Origin: Camelus dromedarius
Lineage: Eukaryota
Reading direction: 5' to 3'
Assembly (NCBI RefSeq): GCF_036321535.1
Contig: NC_087436.1
Location: 117,926,001-117,990,000 of the forward strand
DNA: 64,000 nucleotides
In this document: positions 11,936 to 25,130 of the stretch, piece after piece
How positions within the stretch are numbered: the first letter of the stretch is position 1
How the letters are laid out: the number at the start of each line of letters is the position of its first letter
The notes under the pieces: model-generated
Databases searched by the model: none
What the model was told of the DNA's origin: nothing
Seen by the model: only the letters and a program-made list of their open reading frames with translations
Program-made: the position numbers and the translations under genes

Positions 11936-13379
11936 GTGGTTTTCCCCCTGCACCAGCCCGCTCAGGTTCTTCCCTCTAGGTGAGCAGGCCTGGTCTTACA
12001 AAATGGCGGCCAAGCGGCCTCCATCGAACACCAGGCCCTACGTTCTCTCTCTTCCGTAGTCCCTGGGAACCATGGAACAGCCTGTTCTTTTGGCTGGAAG
12101 GGAACCAGGATGCATTTCAATCTTTTCTAACCAGGCCTCACCCTTCTCACTCTTGCTTTTGTTCGCAGATCTCCAGTTTTCCAAACCCCAACCCCCTGAC
12201 TGTGGGCAGCTGCCAAACACATCTGGTGCAATGGAAGTCCAGAATCACGGTCAGTCATCCAGGTGTTGGGGAGACCCAGCCAATGGGTCATCCACGGTCA
12301 GCTGGGCAGCCTCCTGGTTGGTGGAGGTCTGGCCCTCCCCCCTTATCTTTGGAGCCTTCCTCCTGAGGACAGGCAGTGAGGGGGAGGCTCAGGCAGGGGG
12401 ACTGCGCCAAACATTTGGAAACGCTTGCCTTGCAAAGACTCAGCCAAGAAAGGAGATTTAAACATTTCTTCTACCCACATGATTTGGGAAAGCTTAGCTT
12501 GGAATTTCCTAATTTTTATGCTTAATTAAGATAAAGTGTCATAGAGGGCTTGCAGAAGAACTTTCATTTGGCCTGAAGACGTAGGAATCACCATTGACCT
12601 CTGGCCAGGGGAGGCTGCTAGAAACCATGGAGGCTCGAGGACAAACCCTCTTATGTCGACATGGAAATAGCCCAGAGACGTAAAGGCTCTTGCCCTCCGT
12701 CACACAGAGAGCGGTGGCCAAGCTGGGATTTGCCTGCTAACCTCAGGAAAATGGGTCCGGTTCTCCCTACCTCTCAAGCCTGCCCATCGAGTGGGAGGGC
12801 TAGCCCAGGCTGGAGGGTGCGCCCAGCAGGAGGGGAATGCCAAAGCCTGGCTCAGAAATCCACAGTCACTGTCTGCAGATTGCTGGCCATTGGCTTCCAG
12901 AAACGCCATCATTTGGCAGATGGTACCTTGTTTTTTCTTTTAACAAGTGAAGATAGCATTACGTATAGCCAGAATTCCACTGAAAAAAGCCCACTCGGGT
13001 GAGTTTTAATGAAGGGCCAGGTACAGAGCTGAGGGCAGCATTAAGGCTGGGATGTGCAGACTTCCAGCAGTAGTACCTCCGGCAAGCATAGCCTCCTTCC
13101 GGTCAAAAGAGATGAGCGGAGGACAGAGTGGTATTCGAGCCCGGCGAGAGATGCAGCCGTTGACCAGGGGCTGCCCTGGTATCAGCCGCTGCTGGAATTG
13201 CCTGGTCCCTGGCAGTGATTGAATTTGCAACCTGGTCATCGAAAGTCAACTCCCTTTTTCCTTTCTCTCCCCTCCCTGCCCCAACCCCTGCCAGAGCCGC
13301 CCATTGGCTGACCCCACTGAGAAGCCAGGATGCACAGGCCCCCAAAAGATGCAGCCTCTGGGTCAACCCCTAAACATAT

Positions 13380-13500
13380 GTCTGGTTTGAGCCATACAGT
13401 GTTTTTGTTTTTTTTAAAAAAGCCTTTGTTGCCAATGTTTAAAATTTGGAGCTATCACATAAAAACCTGAATTTCAAGCTTCTTTGGAAAAACTCTCCGT
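13380..13500. mobile_element. hAT-Charlie fragment (MER102-like)
   Basis: gttgccaatgtttaaaatttggagctatcacataaaaacctgaatttcaagcttctttggaaaaa resembles MER102. Confidence 0.55.
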
Positions 13501-15179
13501 ACTGCTGGCCCCACATTTCTTCTTGGCAGGGAGAGGCCGGAGCAGAGCCACCTTCCCCTCGGCATCAAGGTGATTTGCTCGCCAGCCTGACTGCCTCGTC
13601 TTACACCTCGTCTTCATCCCTGATGTCACTGCCTGGGCCTTGAAGCCTGTCACGAGGCCACAGGAAAGGTGAGGGGACCAGAGCCAGCGAGGAGAAGCAA
13701 CTTCCTCAAGGTCGCCAGAGCCTGGCCCAGCGTGCAGGTCCCCAGCCCCAGTTGGGTGTTCTTTCAAGGCACACGCTGCTGTCCAATCCGGGTCTGGGGA
13801 CTCTTGCGGACCCAGCTTTCTCTGAGTCCATGCCAGAGAATCACATTTCAAGTCAGGTCAGCATGTCCCAGACATCCAGCGGGAGGAGAAGCCAGCCCAC
13901 CAGGTGCAGAGAGAGCTGCGGGCGTCTGGGCTCCATGTCCGGGTGTTTAACAGTGAAGATTCCTCCCTTCACTCAGGTGTCTCCCAGCCAGTGGCCCCTG
14001 TCAGCTCTGGACAGCCCTACCAGGGTCCGTATGATCCCCCTGTTTCTGGAAGAAAGGGGGCGGCTCAGAAATGATTTGCCACCTGGGTGTGCAGGGGGTC
14101 TGGGGCTGTCCTGGGACTTGACCCCCACCTGTCTACCCAGGGTTTTACTGCCAGTGTCTCCCCAGTGACCGGGTCCACTGGATGTGGGGAGGGGCTGCCA
14201 ATTTCAGCTTCCTGGCGTCACTAAGTTGGCAGCATGGCTGTCCCCTGTCAGTTCACTGAAAGACAGGGGCCACAGGGAGGTGCGCCCAGGTCCTCGGGCA
14301 GCTGCGACAACACTTCCGGGTTCTCAGATGCTGCCGCCCCTGCCTGTCCCTGGAGTGGGCGGCTGTCCACACCAGGCATTCTCAACCCAGGCATCGAGAG
14401 ACTTCCGTCAGTTATCTTAGCTTCACTCTGGAGTCTGCTGCCTGCAGAGGCAGGATCAGGGCCTCCCCGCTGGCCACTCCGTTCCAAGATCTCCTTGACC
14501 TCTTGGACAGGTCTTCTTGACCAAGACTGAGATACCCCTACTCAGCTCTGGAAGCTCGTCTCTCCCCCATTTGCACTTCAAGGTGGAACAGTAGCTCTCA
14601 CCTCCCGTGCGTGCTCCCGCAGTGGGGGCAGGGAACAGTGCTTTCTCGCCCATCACAGGTTCTGGGTCCCCGGAGAGCCAGGACTCCTGGCACTTCTGAT
14701 GGCTGATCCCTGCTCCATGCAGACGCATCACTGTCAACAGAGGCTGCTGGTGAGCCCGCTGCCCCCCGGCAGAGCGGGGGCTTCCTCTGCTCCTACAAGA
14801 CAGGACCCCCAGGCTCGTTCCTAGTGATTAGACAGCGAGGGGCCTGAGTGCCCCTTGATGTCTGCTTGCCCACAGATCTACCTCCTGCCCCTGCTCTGTG
14901 AGCCTGGTCCACTGACCTGCATCTCTGGGGCCTGAGATTTGCTTTGAAGGAACGTGCATTTTAAAGTTAGGTGAGCTTGAGTTTGGATCCTGTTTCTCTC
15001 CACACAAGCTACAGGACCCTGGGCTCTCCTCCCCTGGCCATCAGCTCCTCTGTCTGTCCCGGGGAGACAGGGCAGCCTACCTCAGCCTACCTGGCACGGG
15101 TGAAAGGCTAGAGTCCCACCCTCCACCCTCTCTACCACGTGCTCAAGTGTCGCCCCTACCCAGAGAGCCACCCTAACCC

Positions 15180-15412
15180 TTCCAACTAAAACCCACCTCC
15201 TGCGCAGCATCATTTGTCTTCAAAACTCTTGCCACTCCTTGTCACAGGATAGGTTGATTTGCTTACTTTTTTCACTGTCCGTCCCCCTCCTCATCATAAC
15301 GTAAACGTTGTGATGGAGGACTGCACCTGTCTCATTCCACACTGTACCTTCGTGTCCACAACCATCCCTGCATCTAGTAAGCCCACGAAAACATTTGTTA
15401 AATGAATGAATA
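15180..15412 (+). mobile_element. L2 3' fragment
   Basis: Ends aaacatttgttaaatgaatgaat, the L2 terminus. Confidence 0.65.
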
Positions 15413-17780
15413 GACATCCGCGTATTTGCCTCTTGCTGGGTGGGGGCCTGCCCCTCACCTGTCTGATCCTCACCTGTCACCACATGTCTACTCCCTGCCG
15501 TCAGTCCTCCCCTACCCTCTGGCCTCGCATCTACTCAGAACTGAACCAGAGGCTGCCAGCCCCCTGATTTTGGTCGTTGCCACCTTCTGGAATCCCTGAA
15601 GCCGAGTTCCCTACTGGGTTGGGCCAACATGGGCCACAAAACCGGGATTAATTAGTAAACACAACAAACGTTCCCCCTCCGATGGTTACCATCTTGGGGG
15701 TGGCAGGTGGGGGCAGAGAAAGACAAGCAGGCAGGCGGACCACCATGTGCGAGGTCCGTGCTGGGGTGGGGGTCAGTGCTAGGTCCAGGAGGTGCCTCGG
15801 GGAAGACCGACAATGTCACGTCCTTTCAGGAACTGGATCCAGGCTGGTTGTTGTGTGTGAGACTGTGTTTTGGTTGCAGGTTTGCCAGAAACCAAAACTT
15901 AACTAGTTTCATTAAGTCCAAAAGGAACATTGTTGGCTCAAGGCATCAGCACAGGCAAGTGGCGGAAGGGACAGTCACAGCCAGACACTCCAGGTGCATG
16001 TCTGTTTCCTTCCACTGCGGTCCCCAGGGGAGACGCAGCCCCGGGGCGCTGAGATCCAGGAGGAAAGGGTCTCTCCTCCCACTCCCCCGATAAGTCCTGG
16101 CGAAGGACCGTGGCCGGCTCAGCTCCCCCTGGACATGTCACTTTGGTCTAGGAGGTCGGGCACTAGACAGGTGGGAGCTCCCACTCCCACCCATGAGACC
16201 GGGGCATGTGACTGGAGAGGGAAGAAGGGGCTCTGGGCTGACATGAGGGGTCTCTCCGGGGGCTGCCTTGGAGCTGGATTTGTAGCCGCATCATGCCTCC
16301 AGCCCTGTCCCGGAGTCTAAACACCCTCTGCTCCCACCTCTGTGACAGAAGCTTCCAAGTCCTACCACCGCTGCAGCCCCGCCCACTTCCGCACACACCT
16401 CTCCCTGGTCCACGTCCCCAACCTCACCCCTGGGAGCCAACTGCTAAGTGTCAGCTTCTCCACTCTCAGGGATTCTGGGCTCTCGCTGCCCCCATCCTCA
16501 TAAGCTTCCCTGCGCCTCTGAGCCCCTCAGCCTGGGGACCCCCTGGGGGACTGAGGGCCACACGAGATCAGTGCCCTGGAGCCCCGATGGACAGGGTGGC
16601 TCTCTGGAGCTGAGAAGAGGCCATCTTGGGTCTAATGTCTGGACTGGGATAATGTTCCCCCTTTGTCCCCTGGCACACGTCTGCCTGCTCCCTGTGCAAA
16701 ACGTCCTGGGGGCCAGGAGACCAGTGACACTGAAGGAAAGGATGTGGGGGGGGGGGCTCAGATGTGCTCCCTTCATCTGATTACCTTGGAGGCTCTCGGG
16801 AGCCTGTCTTGCTAAAGAGGACGGCCTCCTTCTCCAGGCCCTGGTGTCCCAGAGTTTCTGGGATATGGACATCTTTGAGGATCCAACTCCCTGAGCAGCT
16901 TTGCCTGGATTTACCTCATTGGAAGCAACATTGAGTTCTTGGACAAGGTTGTGCCTGTCAACTGCTGCTCAGAGCTGTCCAGAGAGGACCCGCGGGGGCC
17001 CGGGATGCGAAGCTCTCAGAGGCAGAAAGAACCTGCACTCAAAGAAAGGGGGCTGAGAATAAAAGGCACTAGAGTGTGGAAGAGACAGCACCTACCGAGC
17101 CTGTCCCAGCACCCGCTGCAGGTCAGGCATCCAGGAAGTTCGCTCCTTGCCCGCAGGGAGCTCCTGGTCAAATGTGCTGCTCAGCGGCTGGGGCCCTGAC
17201 TCACTTGGCCCCGCCGGCCCGTCAGAATCATGGCGCCTCTGGCTGCCCGGGCCAGGCCCCCTCCGCACAGCTGGGTAACATTAAGAACTTGGCATCCCTC
17301 GCAGCCTGCATCAGATCCTCTGGGCCTTTTCCTTGTTGCTGTTGTCAGATGCTGATGGGAGTTTGGGAAGCAGGGAGGAATGTGTCTGTTCAGGGCCAGG
17401 TTGAAACTGGGCTGCAGGGTGGGGTCGGCCTGAGGGGAGAACCTGCCAGGCACCAGGTCCATCTCCAGCTGTGGGCTCCGGGCGGCCAGCTCCAAGCCCT
17501 GGGTGCATGGATAGACTTCTCCATAGAAGAGGGGATAATGGTGGGACCCACTTCCCAGGCCCGTGGGAGGACAGAGTGAGAACAGGGATGGGAAGACCCC
17601 AGAACAGCACAGATGATGCACCCTGGAACACTGGTGCTTGCCTCAGCCTCCCCATCCATGCCCTCCTCCTCTGCCACCCCATTCCCACCGGCCACAGTGT
17701 GAAGACACCCAAGTTCCTCAAAAAGCTTGGTCCGTGCCGCCCTCTCTCACCATGCTTTCCCCAACACTTGGGCTCTAGAA

Positions 17781-17868
17781 CTCCAGAAAATTCCAGGCCC
17801 CAGGATTCTAGAACATTCTAGGTACCAAAATTCTAGAAGATTCTCAGTTCTAGTGCTCTGGGACATTC
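17781..17868. promoter_or_regulatory. Array of heat-shock-element-like nTTCnnGAAnnTTCn trimers
   Basis: Perfect trimers at 17806 (TTCtaGAAcaTTC) and 17831 (TTCtaGAAgaTTC); degenerate ones at 17781 (CTCcaGAAaaTTC) and 17856 (CTCtgGGAcaTTC). Function not shown. Confidence 0.5.
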
Positions 17869-18060
17869 TCGGCTCTGGAAGGGACCGTCGGCACTGCCCA
17901 TCAAGCACACCTCTGTGCTTTCACTGACCTCGTTCCCTTCAGATGCGTCCCTGCCTTCCTCCCGGGTCTGCTCCTTTGTCTTGTGGTGCAGATGGCAGAT
18001 TGAGATTTTGGCCTCCACCAACACAGGCATGTGACACTCTGCAGCTCAAATCACCTCTTC

Positions 18061-18860
18061 TTTTAAAATTTTATTTATTTTTTTAATTTTTAAATTTTTT
18101 CTATTGAAGTATAGTCAGTTTACAATGTCGTGTCAACTTCTGGTGTACAGCATCATGTTTCAGTCAGACATGTACATACATATATTCCTTTTCATATTCT
18201 TTTTCATTATAGACTAATAAGATATTGAATATAGTTCCCTGTGCTATATAGAAGAAACTTGTTTATCTGTTTTATATGTATTAGTTAGTATCTGCAAATC
18301 TAGAACTCCCGATTTATCCCTCCCCAACCACTTTCCCCCCGGTAACCGTAAGTTTGTTTTCTATGTCTGAGTCTGTTTGTGTTTTGTAAATAAACTCATT
18401 TGTGTCTTTTTTCAGATTCCACATATAAGTGTTATCATATGGTATTTTTCTTTCTCTTTCTGACTTACTTCACTTAGAATGACAATCTCCAGGTCCATCC
18501 ATGTTGCTGCAAAAGGCATTATTTTATTCTTTTTATGGCTGAGTAGTATTCCACTGTGTAAATATACCCCAACTTGTTTATCCAATCATCTGTTGTTGGA
18601 CATTTTGGTTGTTTCCAGGTCTTGGCTATTGTAAATAGTGCTGCAATGAACATTGGGGTGCACGTGTCTTTTCAAATTAGAGTTTTTTCTCCAGATATAT
18701 CCCCAGGAGTGGGACCGCTGAATCATATGGTAAGTCTATTTTCAGTTTTTTAAGGAATCTCCATACCGTTTTCCATAAAGGCTGCACCAAACTACATTTC
18801 CACCAACAGTGTAGGAGTGTTCCCTTTTCTCCATACCTTCTCCAGCATTTATCACTTGTC
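18061..18860 (-). mobile_element. Young L1, 5'-truncated (about 0.8 kb)
   Basis: T-rich tail, then ttgaagtatagtcagtttacaatg 3'UTR and ORF2 end (gtccatccatgttgctgc...gtgctgcaatgaacattggggtg). Confidence 0.92.
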
Positions 18861-20109
18861 AGATCTTCTCTTCTGAGAATCCTTCCCTGACTTCACCTGT
18901 CCCCAGGTGTTCTTAGCTGAGCCTCCTCTGTGCCCCATGGAGACAGATACACACCTGGCACCACGGCCCCACCTCCCTGCTCTGTGCCCACCTCTGGTTT
19001 CCTTCAGGCTGTGAGCAGCTTCACCACAAAGAACCCCTGCGCCACCAGGGCAGGCCTGTAGGGGGTGCCCTCTGATGCTTTTTGAGAGGCTAAATGAAGG
19101 ACTCTGCAGAGACGGGGGCAACCCTGGCCTCCCACTAGGAGAACAGAGCTTCCACCCCAATCTTTCACCCAGACTCGGTCAGGCGTCACTTTCCATCTGA
19201 AGACCCCCAGCTCTGAGAAGATCCAAATTAAGCCCTGCTCAGACGCCAGCTGAAAACCCGGGACCAGCAAAGAACAGTCTTGCCAGCTTTTCTCTTCGAG
19301 TCCACATCGTGTGAGCTTCTGTAGGAGGCGCGAGAGTGAGGTCGGCGGGGCCGCGGGAGGTGGCAATGGGACGTGCTCATGATCTTCTCCTAAGACTCTT
19401 CAGGGTTCACTTATTAAAGTTACTCAAACATACCCCAAAGGTTAGAACTCGGGCTATGGGGACAGGGCTTATTCCCCAGAACCTGAACACTGAGTGGCTG
19501 ATTTGTCCAAGTCAGACTCTTCTCCCTGAAAGTGCCAGGCCCTGGGGACCCTGTGAGTCCAACTTCCAGGGACCCACATCCCGCCAGCCTCTGCTGCTTT
19601 CTCTTCATCGTCTGCCGACCATCCCAGCATCCTTCATTGCCACGAGAGGCCTCATGGTCCCTGGGTGATCTTGACAGTGACCACTTCCTCTCTTCAGCTT
19701 CCCTTCTTAGGCAATAGGGAGACAGTCCCTTATCTGCCATCCTCATCGGCGTGCTGTGAGGCTGGATGACTCAAGCATGAGAAATAACTCTTTCCCTCTT
19801 AAATGCAAAATGATGAGTAGAGAGGAGGCAGTGGGCTGGGAGCCAGGACACGTGGATCTGAGTCCTGGCTTTCTCTGATCCACACAGGGATGGGCCCTTG
19901 GGTGACTCACTCACACTCTCTGGGCCTCCATTCTCCTCATCTGTGAATAAGTCTTGGCCCTTGGCCTTGGCTGATTTCAAGGACCCTGCCAGCGCCAGCC
20001 CTCCGGAAGCCTGCGCATCCCATTTCCTCTTGATTTAACAGTACCTCTTCTTGTGGGGAGGACGGCCTCATCAGATTTGGTGAAAAGGTTTTCCCAAAGG
20101 ATGCAGCCA

Positions 20110-20219
20110 GGGGAGGGTGGGTGTAGCTCAGTGGTAGAGCGCGTGCTTAGCAGGCATGAGGTCCCGGGTTCCAACCTCAGTATCGCCATTAAAAAGAAAA
20201 GGGCCGAAAAAAAAACCAA
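20110..20219 (+). mobile_element. tRNA-Ala-derived SINE, short form
   Basis: gggtgtagctcagtggtagagcgcgtgcttagc...gggttcc plus A-rich tail; TSD gatgcagcca at 20100-20109 and 20226-20235. Confidence 0.9.
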
Positions 20220-21440
20220 CCCAAAGATGCAGCCATGGAAAGCTGGCTGAGCATCCACATGAGGCTGAGACTCCCTCTACCTCAGGGGCCCTGCCAGCTG
20301 CGACTGTGACCTGCTAATCTCCCAAGCATGTTATGGGATCTGACCCGGCCTGGCCCCCCGGCAGCGGGGCTGGTCCTTCTGACTTGGCTGGTTGCAGGAG
20401 GCCTCCTTGCCTGACACTGACTCAGGGTGAGGAAAGTCATTCATCACCGTTGAGTCTTCAGGGGTGGGGCTCCCTCTTCCTGGTAGGATCTCCTCCGGGC
20501 TTGGACTCCTGTTGCCGTGGGCTCTCACGCCAGTGCCCCTGAGAGGGCCAGTCATGACGGACGGCGGGGCTCGTGGTCCAGCCCCAGCTCTGCCACTTCC
20601 CAGCTGTGCAGCTTTGGAGAGGTCACTTGGCATCCCAAGGTCTCTCTGCACCCAGGGGCAGGGTGGCAGGGAAGAAGTACCCCTGCCCCTCTCACAGGGC
20701 AGTGTGAGGCTCAGAGGAGTTGCTGGGCGGGCAGGGGCTCTGTGGCCTCCAAGGGACTGTGGATTCGTACACAGTGATTATCTCTTTCTGCCGTGGTTAC
20801 TTAGCAAGGACAGCACTAAGCTGCGATGAGTCCCCCAGTCAGTTCGTGTTGCTAAAAAGAGCAGTGGTTAAGGCGGGCAAACCTTCCTGCTGTGATGCTG
20901 TGGAGACAACACAGGCGTGAGAGTCGGCTCCATCCCTCTCATCACCTCTGCGATGACGTGGATCCCAAATCTGTGGCCCCCAAACCTGGCTGCTCCATCC
21001 ATAGAATAGGGACAGTAATAAATTTGCCCAGTAATTTCACTGGGCTACCCCATGTTTTGACCCTCAACACAGATTAGATTCAAGTAATTTATTTGGTGAT
21101 GACCAGGAAGAACGTGGAAGGGGGTGAAGGTGGGTGGGTCCCCCAGAGCCTCTGCAGAGTGTGAAGAACACGCCCTGAGCCATCCCACCATGGGGATGGG
21201 GACCCAGAGTGTTTATCCACCAACTGTGAGCTGCTCTCGGGGTGCTAATGCCCCAGAACTTCCCGCCCACCTGTGTGTGAGCCAAGGACGCCCCTGGGAC
21301 CAGAGAGCATCCTTAGGCAGAGATGCAGGAAGCCAGGGACGCATCTGGGGACTCCAGAGCCAGCTGGGGGTGGGGCGGGGGCGTGGGCCAGGTGCCAGCA
21401 GAGATTGCTATGCCACTTTGTGGGCTGTGTGAGGGTGGCA

Positions 21441-21966
21441 TGAAGTAATGGAGGAGGAAAAGTCGCTGGCCTCTGGCAAGCCCTGGGGGAGATAAAACAA
21501 AGGCTGCTGTGGCCATCAAGCCATCAGCCACTACCGACACCCCGGTGGTGAGCTGGAGGAAACCTAGGATGGTGACAAAAAGGATGCCCAGCCTCTGCAG
21601 CCGCCCCCAGGGGTGCCCCCTGAGGGGACTCAGGATGGGGAAGAACAGGCACCGGCCCTAGACGGCTGGGTGCACGTCAAAGGGACGATTTCAGTGAGCC
21701 CAGATTTTGCACATCCTCATACACAGAAAAGCGCTAAATTCCTTAACTTGGGGCATCTTGTTTTCTTTAATTAACACTAATCTTTTGATGTTCTGACAAA
21801 CCGGTCTTTGTTGCAAAAACTCACATATCGTGGCTCCTCCCTTGCCTCTTCCGAGCAGTCCCTTAGGGCGATCTGGGAGGCTGCCTCCCGGGCTTGAAGT
21901 CCTCAGAAAGCCCAGCAAATAAAGCACGATTCTCAGCGTTTAGGCTGTGCATTTTTAAAAAGTCAG
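21441..21966 (+). mobile_element. ERV1-class solo LTR (MER41-like, laurasiatherian type)
   Basis: Starts TG; 3' half ctcccttgcctcttccgagcagtccctt...tctgggaggctgcctcccgggcttgaagtcctcag...aataaa...tttaggctgtgcattttt resembles artiodactyl MER41-type LTRs. Confidence 0.65.
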
Positions 21967-23313
21967 TAGCTCTTATCACTGTCTATCCTCTAACTTCCTC
22001 AGTCCCTGCGGCCACGAGCTTCAAGGGAGGCTGCCTCCAGCCCAGCTCCAGAGATGGGGTCTTGGTTGATTTAAATCCATCCTGGTGCCCTGGGCCGCTG
22101 GCCTGTGATTGGCTTACATGGCCCTGGGATGCCTTTCTGGTCCATGAGACACAATGTGGAGGAGGCTGGCTCCTAGCAGGGGCCCAGGAAGAGGGTCTCC
22201 TGAAAACCTCCACATGTTCCGTGCCTGGAATCACTCCTGGGGCAGTGGCCACACCTTGTCATGGTTCAGGTGGCCTCAGCTGGGGCAGGGCAACATTCTG
22301 TTAACTTTCAGAAGATGGCTTGAGTCCAATAGGTCTGCATCTAAAACTTCCTACAGCCGGGGAGCTGGGGCACAGGTTTACCTCCAAGATAAGCTTCCCA
22401 CAGAATCAATATGCATGTATTTCCTTCTTGAAGAAGGAAAAGAAAAAGAATGTTCTGGCATTTTTTCCACCCTCTCCGTCTCCACAAATGGATCTAATTT
22501 GCAATCAACTTGCGTGTTTCCCATTCTAAAGACCTGAAGGGCTGGGCTTGGAAAGGAAGAAGGGAGTCCTTTGTGATAGGACCGAGAAGGTTGGAGAAGC
22601 CTCCACATTCCTGCACATTTACATCTCTCTGGGACAGGACTGGGCTGCTGCACTTAGCCATGTCCTGAGGACTTCTAGCTCCTTCTGGGACCCTGGGAGG
22701 CTGGATGAAATCACTGGATTATGAAACAATTTTACTTGGAATGAAGGGTGAATTTTGTTTTCCTTTGACAAAGAAACACCAGCCTGTATCTGGCCTTCTT
22801 TTTTCTTGATAATTCATTTTAGGAAGGAATTCGAATGTAGTTAAGATGAGGTTGGACAAGGTCATGCTTGGGGTTGTCTTGGAGCTGCAGAGCCCAGCAA
22901 TGGCCATGACAGTGGCTGGAGGGAAGGTTTGTAACTGACCACACTGGAAGGAGGGAAGGACTCAGGTCCAGGATTCGGGGGACCTGAGGGGCTGGGAGCC
23001 TTCCCAGACCCGTCCCTGGAGAAACAATGCATCAGGAAGAAAGCCCTTCATTTTGGCTGCTTTAAAATGGGCTGGCAGAGCTGTGGGAACACTCGCGGTA
23101 AACTTAGGGCATCGACCTTTATAAAATAGGAGCACAGGATGGGGAGAAATTAATACTATTAATAATGATGAGGGTGATTCCTCTGCACAAAGCACTCTTT
23201 CTACTCCCAACAGCTCCTCTGCCAGGCAGACGTCACCATCCCTATTTTTATATGTAAAGAAATTGAGGCTCGGAAGTGTTGTGTATCTTACCCAGGATCA
23301 CCTGCCTTGTAGG

Positions 23314-23422
23314 AGGGTGACCAACTGTCCTGGTTGGCCTGGGATGGTCCTGGCTTTAGCACTAAGATTTCCACATCCCTGGAAACCTTCAGTTCTCGGC
23401 AAACCAGGACAGTTGGCTACCA
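23314..23422. mobile_element. hAT-Blackjack MITE (MER81-like)
   Basis: Inverted termini agggtgaccaactgtcctggtt ... aaccaggacagttggctacc. Confidence 0.8.
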
Positions 23423-24079
23423 CAGAGGAGTCAGACCCAAGATTAAAACAGAATCCACTTGCTCCCTAAGCCCACTGCTCTCACATCTACACCATGCCAG
23501 CTGCTGGCTTCCAGGCCTCATGAGATCCTCACTCTCAGGGTAAAGCCAGTACCCAGGGCCACGCAGTGGGAACCTGGGGAGGAAGGATTCCAACCCAAGA
23601 CTGTCTTTCCCCAGAGTCTCTTCTTCCCATAGGATCACCTCTACCAAACACAATGGTGGAAGTTTCTAGAATGCCTTTAGCCCCGTGGGGCTGCTGCAAA
23701 TGGATAGGTAGGCCTAATGGATGCACCTTTCCAGGGATGACACACACAACCTGGGGGAGAAAGTTGAGTCTTTGCAAGGTCTGCCTCCCTGCTGGGCCTG
23801 GAGCCATACCTGGCAGAGAGTGGGCACACATTAAGGCTACACTGCGTGAACAAGAGATGAAATCACACAGGGCTTGATCTCACTGAAGCAGCAAGACAGA
23901 TGTTCAACAACTCAGTAATTGGCAGACATAAATACAGACATAAAATAAGGACCGGTTTTAAAAGAACTGCAAACACGTAAGTCCAATATGGTAACTTTTC
24001 TCATTAGCATCAACTGTCGTCCCTCATTATGTGACATAATCTAACTCTGATGTTCTTCCAGGGCTAGGCTAAGCTGAAG

Positions 24080-24210
<131 letters not shown>

Positions 24211-24559
24211 ATATCTTCTGTGAGTATATATTCGCAGAAGTTTTTCAAGCTGTGTCTCCTTTGTGCAAGCTGCTTTGAATTTGCGAGCAACTCCAGTGGA
24301 AAACTTGCCCTTTCATCGTGGCTGGCACTGAACAGCACGTTTAGCTGCTTGTCCTAATTAGCCTAAGATTTGTTTCTGGGTTTTGCTCCTTCCCAGCATC
24401 TCGGTCTTCCCAGCCACCAAGGTTCCAGGGCCTCTGTGTCCTCATTCTCTGTAGGCGGAACAGAGCTGTAGCAGAAGGATGCACCAGCTGAGTCTACTTT
24501 GAGTGACCTCTGAGTCTTGGCTCTTGGGAAACCGCTGGTGGATTCCAACATCCATTCTT

Positions 24560-25130
24560 ACCCCTGTCTATGGTAAGAGAAGCCTTACGTTTTGGCTGAG
24601 CTATGGCCACTGCCAAAGTGAGGACTACATTTCTCAGGATTTACCGCCAACTGTGGCTATTTGGCTTAGTTTTGCTCAAAAGGTGTGAGTGTGATTTGCA
24701 TAAGCTCCAAGTTGTGCCTGTCAGGGGAGGGCCATACCCTCTTCAGCACCCTTTCTTCCCTTTCCACTGGTTCAAGCAGAAACATGGGGCCAGTGGACTC
24801 AGTGGAAACATTTGTTCATTCATGTGGTTAACATAACCAGACATGGAAACAAGACTCCACAAGAGGTAACCCACAGAAATAACAGACAATAGAAAGAGAC
24901 CTACAAAGACATCAGAAGCTGGAATGATCAGAGGCCGACTGTAAAGCAAAGATACAACAACCAAGTGAGGAGAAGCTGGGTCCCTGCAGCAGGATGGCTG
25001 CCCGGCTAGCCCGTGTATGTGGGAAAGAAACGCTTTTCTTGGGTCTCTGCTGTAGCAACTGACTCCATATCCCGGTAATACATGCGGCCTTTTTGTAGCA
25101 GCCATTTTCACTCATTAGCCATTGTCTTCC
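24560..25130 (+). mobile_element. Old MaLR LTR (MLT1H/J-like)
   Basis: gactacatttctcag...gtggctatttggcttagttt...gaggagaagctgggtccctg...ttaagcc-like end motifs. Confidence 0.5.

Noticed and set aside
20110..20190. Apparent tRNA-Ala(AGC) gene (also at 7597, 27266, 37706, 52189)
   Set aside because: A-rich tails, TSDs and disrupted stems show these are SINE copies, not tRNA genes.
11277..23900. Many overlapping 60-195 aa ORFs in the GC-rich region
   Set aside because: Expected from stop-codon scarcity in GC-rich DNA; no recognisable protein family, and many use alternative starts. Small exons cannot be excluded without RNA data.
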